DNA of 46,088 bases from the IMG/VR virus record IMGVR_UViG_3300030397_000595, positions 1 to 46,088 of that record; one strand, written 5' to 3'. Below, piece after piece: positions 37,633-46,088 of the stretch. Origin of the DNA: a virus (Duplodnaviria > Caudoviricetes). A program made the position numbers and the translations under genes. The notes beneath the pieces were generated by a model. The model did not search any database. It was given only the letters and a program-made list of their open reading frames with translations, and had not been told where the DNA came from. Each line of letters begins with the position of its first letter. Within the stretch, counting starts at the first letter, position 1.

Positions 37633-38097
37633 TCAGCTTTCTCGCTCTACGGGTAGATAATCTGGAAGGTAAACAGGTTCAAGAGGGCTATCCAAAAGGC
37701 TTTGTAGATGAACATACGTAACTAGAGGTCGGTATTCAATCAAGTAATCTATAAACGTACTGAAGAATTCTTCGTGTGCGGCGTGGTAATCTTCATCATC
37801 ATTGAAGTTGGTAGAGTAGTAAAAGGCAGTTACGTAAAGACCTGTTGTGATGTAGGCGATCTGTTCAGGTGTTAAAGTGCTAACGGCTTTAGGGTTGCTT
37901 TGGAATTGAGCGTTATCAAGATCGTCTGTTAGTGCCATGATGTTGTTGGGTGCGAGTCCTAAAGCCGTGCCTGTTTTGATGACTAGCCTGTTTATGTAAA
38001 TCATGTCGTGAGTCTGATCACGCAAACAACAACCAGCTTTGCGTACTGCTTCAAATAGGTTAATGAGTAAATCGTGTTTTGTGTTGTCGTTGGACAT
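37633..38097 (-). CDS. Hypothetical helical protein
   Basis: AGGAG RBS; acidic. Confidence 0.6.
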   Translation of the reverse strand: MSNDNTKHDLLINLFEAVRKAGCCLRDQTHDMIYINRLVIKTGTALGLAPNNIMALTDDLDNAQFQSNPKAVSTLTPEQIAYITTGLYVTAFYYSTNFNDDEDYHAAHEEFFSTFIDYLIEYRPLVTYVHLQSLLDSPLEPVYLPDYLPVERES

Positions 38098-38109
38098 GGG
38101 ATTCTCCTT

Positions 38110-38544
38110 CTATTCTACTCTTACTGAGTGAATGGGAATTCGTTTCAAACTGGCTTGTATTTCCTTTAGGGGATTGAGTAAATCGTCAAGTTGGCCCGGT
38201 GCTTGAACAGCAAGCGCCTCAATGACGCCAAAGATGAAACCTTCTTTAGCCTCATCTTCGCTCGTGCGGCCGGGGCCAGTTGACTGGAAGAAGGAAGTGT
38301 ATAAGGTTTGTTCGAGGTTGGAAATAATGCGAATGTGGTGTTCGCCTTTGAACTCTGCAAACCCCCCTGCCCTTGAGATTGTGCTTGTGAAAGGTTCAGG
38401 TATCCCTACCTGCCACGCAAAATTAGCTATCATGGCTTGTATAAAATTGGCCTTGTCAGGATACCTTTCAAGTAGGTTGTCACGTGTTTGTGTGATAGCC
38501 CGTATCATGGTGTTTGGATTGGAAAGTTCATTTTGGGGTGTCAT
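38110..38544 (-). CDS. Hypothetical helical protein
   Basis: AAGGA RBS. Confidence 0.6.
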   Translation of the reverse strand: MTPQNELSNPNTMIRAITQTRDNLLERYPDKANFIQAMIANFAWQVGIPEPFTSTISRAGGFAEFKGEHHIRIISNLEQTLYTSFFQSTGPGRTSEDEAKEGFIFGVIEALAVQAPGQLDDLLNPLKEIQASLKRIPIHSVRVE

Positions 38545-38632
38545 TTTAATTTGTCCTTATTAAATGAATGACTGAAACAAGATTCTACCCCGCCGTGCGG
38601 CACGGTGCAACCGCATCGCACGGCGGTCTTAT

Positions 38633-38956
38633 CTAATTGTCTACAGTGACGATGCCATTTAACACGTCATACAGCGTACCGATCTGCGCTTTTGGCATAG
38701 AGATGATGTACATATCCAGAATGTCCGTCATGAGCCAGCTAATTGGAAACTCTTTTGCTTTTTCATTAGCATAGTTGGCAGACGGTACGTATTCAAGATG
38801 GACTTGAGCATATTGCCCTATGTAATCCTTTAGCGGTTTACCGATAGTGGCTACAATAACTCTTTGGTTGGGCGCATATGAATAATGGTAAGTGGTTTCT
38901 GTTTGTCCTACTAAGACAAAGTTCTTTAATGCAACATCTTCAATTTTTATTAACAT
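38633..38956 (-). CDS. Hypothetical protein, paralog family B
   Basis: Start placed at MLIKIE (38956); VIVATIGKPLKDYIGQYAQVH. Confidence 0.6.
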   Translation of the reverse strand: MLIKIEDVALKNFVLVGQTETTYHYSYAPNQRVIVATIGKPLKDYIGQYAQVHLEYVPSANYANEKAKEFPISWLMTDILDMYIISMPKAQIGTLYDVLNGIVTVDN

Positions 38957-39111
38957 GGTGATTGTTATCCTTTTATTAGATTTTTGATTAGTGGATGAAT
39001 TTAGATTGCAAGTGTCCTCCATGTAGTTGTCACTACTGACCGTCTGAGCTGACATAACAAAAACGATCAGTAATGACAGTGCTGACAGTCCCGAAATAAG
39101 GTTGTTCGCTC

Positions 39112-42100
39112 TTAGAAAGAAAAAGCTAACTGTTTGTCACTAACAGGCTTTTTATTTCTGCGTCTTTTCGTCCTTAACAGGTTTGTTGCCTTGCCAAATA
39201 TCAAGGGTTCAAAGGGTTGTACGGCGGGTGGTGGGTCAAAGAGCGGTAAATCGGCGACCGAAGAAGGCTCCCGGCGATTGACGTTTTCACTATCGTCCTC
39301 AAGCTCCATATGAAAACCTATATGCTCACTAGACTTTGTGGTTTGGTTGTTGAGTTCTCGCTTAAAAATACCAGCAATATCAACAACATCTTTAGACCCT
39401 GTCTGGATGCGCTTTAGAAGCTCTCTCTGCACAGAGTCCCCGGCCAGATCCGCGATGTCGGTAGTGGCTATAGCATCTCCCGATACACGCTTTGCGGCGG
39501 CGGCTTTCTTAGCTATTAAGCCAAGAGCCATTGCTTGCATACTTTGCTCATAGTAAAAGAAATACACTTTTACAGCCTTCTTTTGACCGATGCGATATCC
39601 ACGTCGTGAGGCTTGCATGACTGTGTAAACGCTGTACTCCGTTCCCATCCACATGATTGTTGGGTAGTGGTAGATATCTAAACCAGTCTCGACACTACGA
39701 GGATGGGCAATGATGACATTGATACCTTTCTTTGACTGTTGGTTAATCCACGCCTCTCTTTCACTTGCGGGGCATTTCAGTACAGCCGGTCGCAATCCGG
39801 CGTCAGTTAGAATCTTGTGCCAATGCCCGGTTATGTCGCGTGTGTTGGTTTGCTGACATAGCAGAAGGACGTTGCGATTGCGTCCAATTTCTTGCTTGGC
39901 TAACCCAATGATCTCAGCCTCTTTGGGCCATAATCTGTTTACCTTTAGACCGGGTATTTTGACTAGCAACTTGGGTTCCAAATCATGCTTTGTGTGTGGA
40001 TCAATTACAGTCTCATCACGCCATGGGGCATCTGGCATTGAGATCATGCCCCATAGGTACGCACCAAGCAGGCTTTTATCGCCTCGTTGCAACCGTGAAC
40101 GCATTATCCTGCCTAACTTGTCCTCAAACGCCTTTAGCTGAATTTGCTGTAGGGGATGTAGCTGTACAGGTCGTGGTATTTCTTCATAATCAGGCAGTGC
40201 AAAACCAAGATTGTTAAGATTTAAGAAGGCACACCTATCTAACAAGTATGGGATCATGTGAGGACTCATGCCGGGAGCTTCTCGGACATTACGTCTACTT
40301 TTGAGTTCACCAGATTGCTTCCCATATTTGTCATGATGTGTTGTAATCACTTCCTGCAACAGCCCATATTTGTCAACCCACTTCTTCACGTCAATACGTG
40401 CGCTACCACTAACATTGGTCTTAGTAAACGCCTTGCGAATCTCTGGTGACATGCGATACAGCATGTGGAAGATACTGCTGGCCTTCCCACCATAGATGGT
40501 TCCGGTTAGTCCTAGTACCTTTCGTGATGAATAGACGAGGCGGGCAAACGCCCTGCCCTGATCGCTATCTGCACCTTTTAACTTCTGGACTTCATCAGCA
40601 ATCAGCAGGTCTATTTCGTTTGGGAACTGTTTGTGAATGTAAGTGGCTAGAGGAAACTTAGCCCGGCCGAGTGGCGATGATGGGCGATTGTGTTTTGCAT
40701 GGAGCGTCATAGTTCGGTAAGAACCAAACGCCCGCTCTTTTTCTGCGCGGCATTGTTGCCATGCGGCAACATAACGACCTCGTTCATGGCTACCCTTGTG
40801 TTGAACAGGTTTCAGGCGTAACGCATACTTATGATTAGGTCGGTGTATTCCTCGCGTTAGGGTTCGTCCATCCTTGTCACGGATGAATTGGCCGGACGGG
40901 TACTGCAAATAGCCAGCCGTTTTAGGCTTACGTTTTTTCTCATTAAACGCATGTACCCACCCGCTCCCTGCTCGTGCAGAAGTGAACTTCATTATCCCAA
41001 AGGTGATACCATCATCTGCTAACCAACTGTTTACATCAGTCATGGTCTTCAAATGGTAGATGGTGGCTTCTGGCACAACCATCTTCGCCTGTCTTGCCCA
41101 CTTGTTTACAAGATGGGGTTCGCAGAATATCAACGTTCGTTTCGCTTCGATGGCTCTGCTGACAGCGATAGCTGTGCGAGTTTTCCCTACGCCCATTTCA
41201 CCTATCATCAGTGCATCTCTATGCGTCTCCAGACGGGTTGCCAATGCACACGCTACGTGCTTTTGGGCTACAAACAGATTCCCACGCTTTCCAATGCGCT
41301 TGCCATGTTCGCCCATGTCGAACGTGTATCTCGGCTTGTACTTTTCCTGAATTAGTTGAACTAGATTATTCATCCACTTATCGAGGAAATTCGAGAGGTC
41401 TTCCCCTTCGATGACTTTGTACTCACCTGTGCTTGTTAAAGTTACTATCTTCGTTCTAACGCGCTGTGTCCTTGTCTGGATGCGTTTCTCGTTTTCATAT
41501 TGATCTTTCTCTACGGCGATTTCGTCATGCCATTGTTTGGCTGTTAGCCCTTTGATGAGTAGCTCGTCTGAACCATCCTCAAGCAATTGATTGTTTAACC
41601 CACCTCCTGCAATCAACTCTGCTGTGTGTCCGATTTTCAGCGGCATGAGTATCGGTGTGGTCTCTGTGCAATCTGGCTTCAGGTGCAGGTCTAGCGAACC
41701 ATTAGCCTCAATCCCTAATTGTTCCAATTCGATGTAGGCATCATCGGGGCCTACAAAATTAGGCATGAATGTAATTTTGTTTTTCATCAATAAGGGGGGC
41801 AACTCCCAATAAGCATTGTGCTTAACAGGCGATACGTCTAGTGGTAGTCGTTCCATTACCCGATCTGGATCAACCAGTCTAGCCATTGTCTGAGATATTT
41901 TGTTAATCCCCAATGGCTTTTTACGCTTGTGTCCAATAAAAACGAGTTGGCGAAAACGTTCATATTCACCATAAGGGAATCGGAACAACTCAAAATCTTC
42001 ATACCATGCTTCTAAATAGGTGGCGAGTCGGGGCGATTGCAAAGCCGTGATTGGCACTACTAGCACTAATACGCCACGTGGTTGAAGCCACTTGGTAGAC

Positions 42101-42504
42101 AGCTTTACGAATGTATGTTCCAGCCGTCCGTCTTCATGGTCGGTATCATAGGGAGGGTTTGCATAAACAAGATTGAACCCGCTTGGGCTGGCTGTTACAA
42201 AACGAGCATTGTCGTGTGTGACTTTCAGCGGATTGATGTCTCGTGATACATTGTGCTGGTTTAGATAATTGTTTAACTCATCTAACTTGGTGCGTGTTTT
42301 GCTGGCGCGTAGCGCATCCAGTTCATTGGCATAGCATTCAATCTGGAGTGCTTTACCAATACCATAGATTTGATCTCCGTTGCCAGAACATGGGTCAAAG
42401 GCGCGTCCCCCATGTGGTGCTTTCAGGCGAATAGTTATGAGCGGTAGAATGTGGTCAGGCAGGGGGTAAAAACCTGCCTTTGCAGTGCTTTCTAAACGTG
42501 CCAT
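39112..42504 (-). CDS. N6-adenine methyltransferase (DUF6094-like)-SNF2 helicase fusion
   Basis: MARLES..KAGFYP, FDPCSGNG, ANPPY; Walker A GEMGVGKT, IADEVQ, LTGT, ETGLD, QASRRGYRIGQ. Confidence 0.88.
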   Translation of the reverse strand: MARLESTAKAGFYPLPDHILPLITIRLKAPHGGRAFDPCSGNGDQIYGIGKALQIECYANELDALRASKTRTKLDELNNYLNQHNVSRDINPLKVTHDNARFVTASPSGFNLVYANPPYDTDHEDGRLEHTFVKLSTKWLQPRGVLVLVVPITALQSPRLATYLEAWYEDFELFRFPYGEYERFRQLVFIGHKRKKPLGINKISQTMARLVDPDRVMERLPLDVSPVKHNAYWELPPLLMKNKITFMPNFVGPDDAYIELEQLGIEANGSLDLHLKPDCTETTPILMPLKIGHTAELIAGGGLNNQLLEDGSDELLIKGLTAKQWHDEIAVEKDQYENEKRIQTRTQRVRTKIVTLTSTGEYKVIEGEDLSNFLDKWMNNLVQLIQEKYKPRYTFDMGEHGKRIGKRGNLFVAQKHVACALATRLETHRDALMIGEMGVGKTRTAIAVSRAIEAKRTLIFCEPHLVNKWARQAKMVVPEATIYHLKTMTDVNSWLADDGITFGIMKFTSARAGSGWVHAFNEKKRKPKTAGYLQYPSGQFIRDKDGRTLTRGIHRPNHKYALRLKPVQHKGSHERGRYVAAWQQCRAEKERAFGSYRTMTLHAKHNRPSSPLGRAKFPLATYIHKQFPNEIDLLIADEVQKLKGADSDQGRAFARLVYSSRKVLGLTGTIYGGKASSIFHMLYRMSPEIRKAFTKTNVSGSARIDVKKWVDKYGLLQEVITTHHDKYGKQSGELKSRRNVREAPGMSPHMIPYLLDRCAFLNLNNLGFALPDYEEIPRPVQLHPLQQIQLKAFEDKLGRIMRSRLQRGDKSLLGAYLWGMISMPDAPWRDETVIDPHTKHDLEPKLLVKIPGLKVNRLWPKEAEIIGLAKQEIGRNRNVLLLCQQTNTRDITGHWHKILTDAGLRPAVLKCPASEREAWINQQSKKGINVIIAHPRSVETGLDIYHYPTIMWMGTEYSVYTVMQASRRGYRIGQKKAVKVYFFYYEQSMQAMALGLIAKKAAAAKRVSGDAIATTDIADLAGDSVQRELLKRIQTGSKDVVDIAGIFKRELNNQTTKSSEHIGFHMELEDDSENVNRREPSSVADLPLFDPPPAVQPFEPLIFGKATNLLRTKRRRNKKPVSDKQLAFSF

Positions 42505-42536
42505 TTTATACCTCCATAGGTGTGCTGTTTTAGGCT

Positions 42537-42701
42537 TTATGATGATTGGAATAGTTGTTGGATTTGTACGTAGTCAGGTGATTGGCTCAACCCAAGCATA
42601 TCGGCAATGAGCAAGAATGTGTGTATATCAGCTTTCGTAGCTAGGTCATACTGAATCGCTTGCGCTAGCTCATTGATGGCAATTGATAATTCTTTTGTCA
42701 T
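42537..42701 (-). CDS. Small hypothetical protein (54 aa), not in the ORF track
   Basis: MTKELSIAINELAQAIQYDL...; fills the gap between neighbours, with an AAGG RBS. Confidence 0.5.
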   Translation of the reverse strand: MTKELSIAINELAQAIQYDLATKADIHTFLLIADMLGLSQSPDYVQIQQLFQSS

Positions 42702-42705
42702 GTGA

Positions 42706-43275
42706 TTAACCTTTTATTGCTATATCGTTATTGGCTAATCCTTCAGTGATTAAAGTTAGCCAATTGTCGGAATTGAGTTGGATACTAGCCATTGTGGTGT
42801 TGAAGCACTCCCGATCACTAATGTCAATTAACCCCGCATTCTTACCTGTTTGCCAGAGATATTCTGCCCATGTAGGGCGCATAGGTATGGCAACAGCGCG
42901 GTTTAGTAATTCATAAAAATTAAGGGGGGCTGTACCGCCTCGCACAACATCGAACAGATACATCCAGTCATTGAAAGGGCTTATAGCTTGTAAGCTGGCT
43001 TGCTTGTGAAGCATGACCCAGTTGTAATATCCACACGGAAGACGTGAGGACTTAATGACAATATGTTCGTCGCGTTTAATATAAACGTGTGAATGGTTAA
43101 TGTTCTTTCCATGGGCGGTTCTTCTTTTTAACTGAGCAAGACTGGCACGTAGACTGTCAAATGTGCCAAACATGTTTAGGTACACCAACACACTGTCTTC
43201 GGCTTCGATGGCTAGTTTCTTTATGTAGACAGGTATTTGTTCAGTGATGTATGTTTTCACGAAGGGTGTAATCAT
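42706..43275 (-). CDS. Conserved hypothetical protein typically adjacent to methylase-helicase genes
   Basis: AIPMRPTWAEYLWQTG..AGLI...WLTLITEGL pattern, recalled from ICE-like regions. Confidence 0.6.
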   Translation of the reverse strand: MITPFVKTYITEQIPVYIKKLAIEAEDSVLVYLNMFGTFDSLRASLAQLKRRTAHGKNINHSHVYIKRDEHIVIKSSRLPCGYYNWVMLHKQASLQAISPFNDWMYLFDVVRGGTAPLNFYELLNRAVAIPMRPTWAEYLWQTGKNAGLIDISDRECFNTTMASIQLNSDNWLTLITEGLANNDIAIKG

Positions 43276-43292
43276 GATCTATCCTCTTAAAA

Positions 43293-43325
43293 GCAAAACG
43301 GACTAGCTGAGCTAGTCCGTTTTGC
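43293..43325. terminator. Perfect inverted repeat / terminator
   Basis: GCAAAACGGACTAGCT-G-AGCTAGTCCGTTTTGC. Confidence 0.65.
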
Positions 43326-43350
43326 AACTATAGATTTCGTATTGAGTTGG

Positions 43351-44148
43351 TTAGTGTGGCTCGGCACCATTAGTGACAGGTTGGGCAGGTTTGGCGAACC
43401 AAATATCTAGATCAATTTTCTGCTCCATAGACAAACCACCGAACCATCGTTCTAGGGCGGCTTTGTCGGCTGGCGTTGCATTCAGCACGTCTCGCATAGC
43501 ATCAAATATCTGTCTAACGCGAGAATCCTGACTGACCGTCTCACCATCGTCATAGATATAAGGGTGATCTTCGGGGGGTGTATCTGTCCCGGCCGGGTCG
43601 TCATCGAACAAAACCGACTGAGGTTGTGGGCTTTCGTTCGGAGCTTCTTCTTCATCCAGTTTCTGCAACATCACGTTCGCAACAGCTAATGCTTGCAGAT
43701 ATTCCAAGACAGCATAAGCCATAGCTTTCGCTTGCTCTTGAGTGAACATTACCTTGATAACATGAAGTGCCTGACCCTTTGGCTTCACGGCGCCAGTCTT
43801 CGTTGGCGTTCCCTCACCCCGTCTGAACTCGAAATAATAGTTGAGCCGTCCGTCCTGCTGGTTGCGACTCGAATTAACCAACATAACACGGCTTTCAAAC
43901 TTACCGCCGTCTACGGCATTACCCTTGTAATCAGCAAACTTTAGATCATCTCCGTTTATGATGTCGTGCAAGAGAACTCGCGCTTTAGGGGAATCAACAA
44001 AATGCGAAAGCGTTAAAGATGCTCCTTGCCCCGATTTGAACTTTCCAGCAAAGAAGTGGAGTTTACCAATACCACTAGCGTCCTCAACATGGGCCCAAGC
44101 ACTCTTGGTCATGTGTTCAAAAATGCGAATATATTTTGGTTTACTCAT
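43351..44148 (-). CDS. Hypothetical protein (beta-rich N-terminus, acidic linker)
   Basis: GEGTPTKTGAVKP motif; start at 44148 or 44166. Confidence 0.6.
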   Translation of the reverse strand: MSKPKYIRIFEHMTKSAWAHVEDASGIGKLHFFAGKFKSGQGASLTLSHFVDSPKARVLLHDIINGDDLKFADYKGNAVDGGKFESRVMLVNSSRNQQDGRLNYYFEFRRGEGTPTKTGAVKPKGQALHVIKVMFTQEQAKAMAYAVLEYLQALAVANVMLQKLDEEEAPNESPQPQSVLFDDDPAGTDTPPEDHPYIYDDGETVSQDSRVRQIFDAMRDVLNATPADKAALERWFGGLSMEQKIDLDIWFAKPAQPVTNGAEPH

Positions 44149-44150
44149 GA

Positions 44151-44849
44151 TTATCTGTTCCTCCATGGACCTAACGTGTCTGCTCGTAGACTTCGATAGT
44201 TTCCATGACCAATTACTAAATGATCTAACAAAGTGATTTGTAACAACTGACCCGCCTCGTGTACTTGATTTGTAACAGCTATATCGTGAGAGCTTGGGCT
44301 AGGGTCGCCGCTGGGGTGATTGTGAGCCATCACAATTGACACGGCATTACTATGCACGGCTAGTCTCATTATCTCTGCAATACGGATGACACTGGTGTTT
44401 ACATTTCCAATATAGAGACGGTGTTCCTTTATGATCTGGTTGCGCTGGTTCAAGCACAAGATGATTAAATGTTCTTGTTCTAGGCTGACCATTTCAGGCA
44501 TAAGATAATCGGCAAACTCGCTGGGACACGAGAACTTTTGCGCTCGGTTTTGCGTCGCATACTTAACGAGTCTTCGGCCTAGTTCAAGACTAGCTTTTAT
44601 CCGCTTGGCGGTTGCGACGCCAATGCCCTCAATTGATACCAGTTGTGTAATTGAGGCATTATACATTTCCCGCAACGTAGGAAATGCTTTGGTTAATTCA
44701 TCCGCAATTTGCGGAGATCCGTTTAAGATAGTGGTTATTAAATCGAGCGTTTGGGCATACGGCAATTGCTCATCATACGTGATTGTGGCTTCGTTTAATT
44801 GCATTGATACTTCTGCCAAATCTGGGAAATTAAGCTGTAGCTGAGACAT
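44151..44849 (-). CDS. radC: RadC family protein (HhH + JAB/MPN)
   Basis: IEGIGVATAKRIKASLELGRR, EQEH, AHNHPSGDPSPSSHD, LLDHLVIG. Confidence 0.92.
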   Translation of the reverse strand: MSQLQLNFPDLAEVSMQLNEATITYDEQLPYAQTLDLITTILNGSPQIADELTKAFPTLREMYNASITQLVSIEGIGVATAKRIKASLELGRRLVKYATQNRAQKFSCPSEFADYLMPEMVSLEQEHLIILCLNQRNQIIKEHRLYIGNVNTSVIRIAEIMRLAVHSNAVSIVMAHNHPSGDPSPSSHDIAVTNQVHEAGQLLQITLLDHLVIGHGNYRSLRADTLGPWRNR

Positions 44850-45348
44850 GTTGATCCTCCACGAAACGATTGAAATAGATGGCTAGGTTGTAGGCGATAA
44901 TGTGCTTGCAAATCTTCACGTACCCGTGCTGAAGGTGAACCATCGGAGCTTTGCCAAACTTGTGGTAATCATCACATTGGCAAGATGGTTTCCTTGCGTC
45001 TCCCTGCAAGCTATAGAGCTTGTCCGGGTCTTTTTGGGACTGCACTTGAGCCACTTCATTGAAGAAACGCGCCATACGTGGCCGGGGTTGGTATACACCA
45101 TTGCTCAAGTAAATCTGTGCCGCCTTCAAAGCTCTGGACTTTGTCTCTGGATAGCGCTCAATGAACTGCTCGATCTGTGTGCCTAGTGCGCTGTTTTGCT
45201 GAATGATGGCAGTTAGCCATGCCCGATCCTTCTCGGCCGGGCCGGGGCCGAAATGGGCAGTAATCCGTTCGCTTTTATCTAGCACACGCCATCCGCGATC
45301 TGACCCACTACCCTTGTAAAATAGCGTTGAGGTTCCTATAATTGTCAT
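44830..45348 (-). CDS. SWIM zinc-finger protein
   Basis: CQCDD...CKHIIA; ATG 45348 with GGAGG RBS. Confidence 0.8.
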   Translation of the reverse strand: MTIIGTSTLFYKGSGSDRGWRVLDKSERITAHFGPGPAEKDRAWLTAIIQQNSALGTQIEQFIERYPETKSRALKAAQIYLSNGVYQPRPRMARFFNEVAQVQSQKDPDKLYSLQGDARKPSCQCDDYHKFGKAPMVHLQHGYVKICKHIIAYNLAIYFNRFVEDQHVSATA

Positions 45349-45610
45349 GACTAAATCCTCCATAGGTTTGGTTGAATGATGTTCTGCAAACAGCCTCCTC
45401 GCACGGGGCTGTTTGTGTGTTTTGGCAATAATCACATACGTCGTCCAACAGACTTTGATCTTTGGCATAGGTGATGAATAGCGGCCCCCATTCGGCCGCA
45501 CAGCGACGACACAGCGTAAACGGCCCGACCCCTAGCTCAGACGATAGAATACGAATGAAAGGCGTTCCATCCGGCCGGACACCATACACATTATCAAATA
45601 CAGCGAACAT
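45308..45610 (-). CDS. Small CxxC hypothetical protein
   Basis: ATG 45610 with GGAGG RBS; CRRC and CDYC. Confidence 0.5.
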   Translation of the reverse strand: MFAVFDNVYGVRPDGTPFIRILSSELGVGPFTLCRRCAAEWGPLFITYAKDQSLLDDVCDYCQNTQTAPCEEAVCRTSFNQTYGGFSHDNYRNLNAILQG

Positions 45611-45669
45611 AAAGACCTCCATAGATTTTTTGATTGATTTGTGATTGCTCCCCCCCCACCCCACTAGAG

Positions 45670-46017
45670 TTAGACTGGAATTTCATCAGCGTCAGTTGAT
45701 GCACCCATCGCACTCCCTGCATAGCGGAATGTGCTTGCATTCAGCTTTAACGAGGCACGTGCTTTACCTGTGTTGTTATCAACCCATGCGTTTACTGACA
45801 CTTCCCCTACACAAAAGACAGACTTACCCGTTGTTAGATTCTTGGCGAGACTTTCAGCCAAGCCATTCCACACAGTCACCTCGAACCATGTGGGGTTATC
45901 ATTGCTAGTTTTGTTTACCGCAACACTGAAGTTAAGAACAGCTTTACCTGATGGGGTGTAGCGAAGCTCGTTAATGCGGCCGACGTTTCCAAAGATAGTT
46001 GTTAATTGGTATGACAT
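45670..46017 (-). CDS. ssb: Single-stranded DNA-binding protein
   Basis: IFGNVGR..ELRYTPSGKAV.NFSVAVN, WFEVTVW..LAE; short acidic tail DEIPV. Confidence 0.93.
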   Translation of the reverse strand: MSYQLTTIFGNVGRINELRYTPSGKAVLNFSVAVNKTSNDNPTWFEVTVWNGLAESLAKNLTTGKSVFCVGEVSVNAWVDNNTGKARASLKLNASTFRYAGSAMGASTDADEIPV

Positions 46018-46088
46018 GATTTTGTTCTCCTTTGAACTGATTAAATTGATTGAAATTGACTAAAAGATCGAAAATACACGATCTTGAA

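Larger units (their letters stand above)
439..46017. mobile_element. Temperate siphovirus-like phage (ends not resolved)
   Basis: Integrase plus att, replication, packaging, head and non-contractile tail modules; no host housekeeping genes seen. Confidence 0.9.

Noticed and set aside
1-46088. CRISPR array, DGR/retron, group II intron, IS element
   Set aside because: No regularly spaced repeats, reverse transcriptase motif or transposase seen by eye.
46018-46088. Terminal repeat or circular closure with the window start
   Set aside because: No matching sequence seen at the left end; completeness cannot be claimed.

Overview
Most of a temperate tailed (siphovirus-like) phage genome. From left to right: a small regulatory region, a 3' tRNA-Val(GAC) fragment that looks like the att core directly downstream of a tyrosine integrase, and a + strand early block. 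That block holds a replication initiator with an internal DnaA-box/iteron origin, a membrane protein with a probable -1 frameshift extension, a DEDDh exonuclease, a HerA-like ATPase and a fused m6A+m5C methyltransferase. A long - strand late operon follows (terminase, portal, scaffold, decoration, capsid, head-tail, holin, tail tube, G/GT chaperone frameshift, tape measure, baseplate, LamG, FG-GAP/pectate-lyase spike, membrane proteins), with no recognisable endolysin. The right arm resembles a conjugative-element leading region: ssb, SWIM, radC, methylase-SNF2 helicase, an array of small paralogs and DUF4326. Non-coding highlights are a ~520-nt multi-hairpin element with ssDNA-promoter (Frpo)/sso hallmarks at 35295-35810 and a promoter-hairpins-terminator leader before the head genes at 29606-29896. 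The palindrome CCGGCCGG occurs about 28 times by manual count. A Chloroflexota host is inferred only. Bases 1-15 match a library amplification primer. All protein calls are from motif recognition, not database searches.
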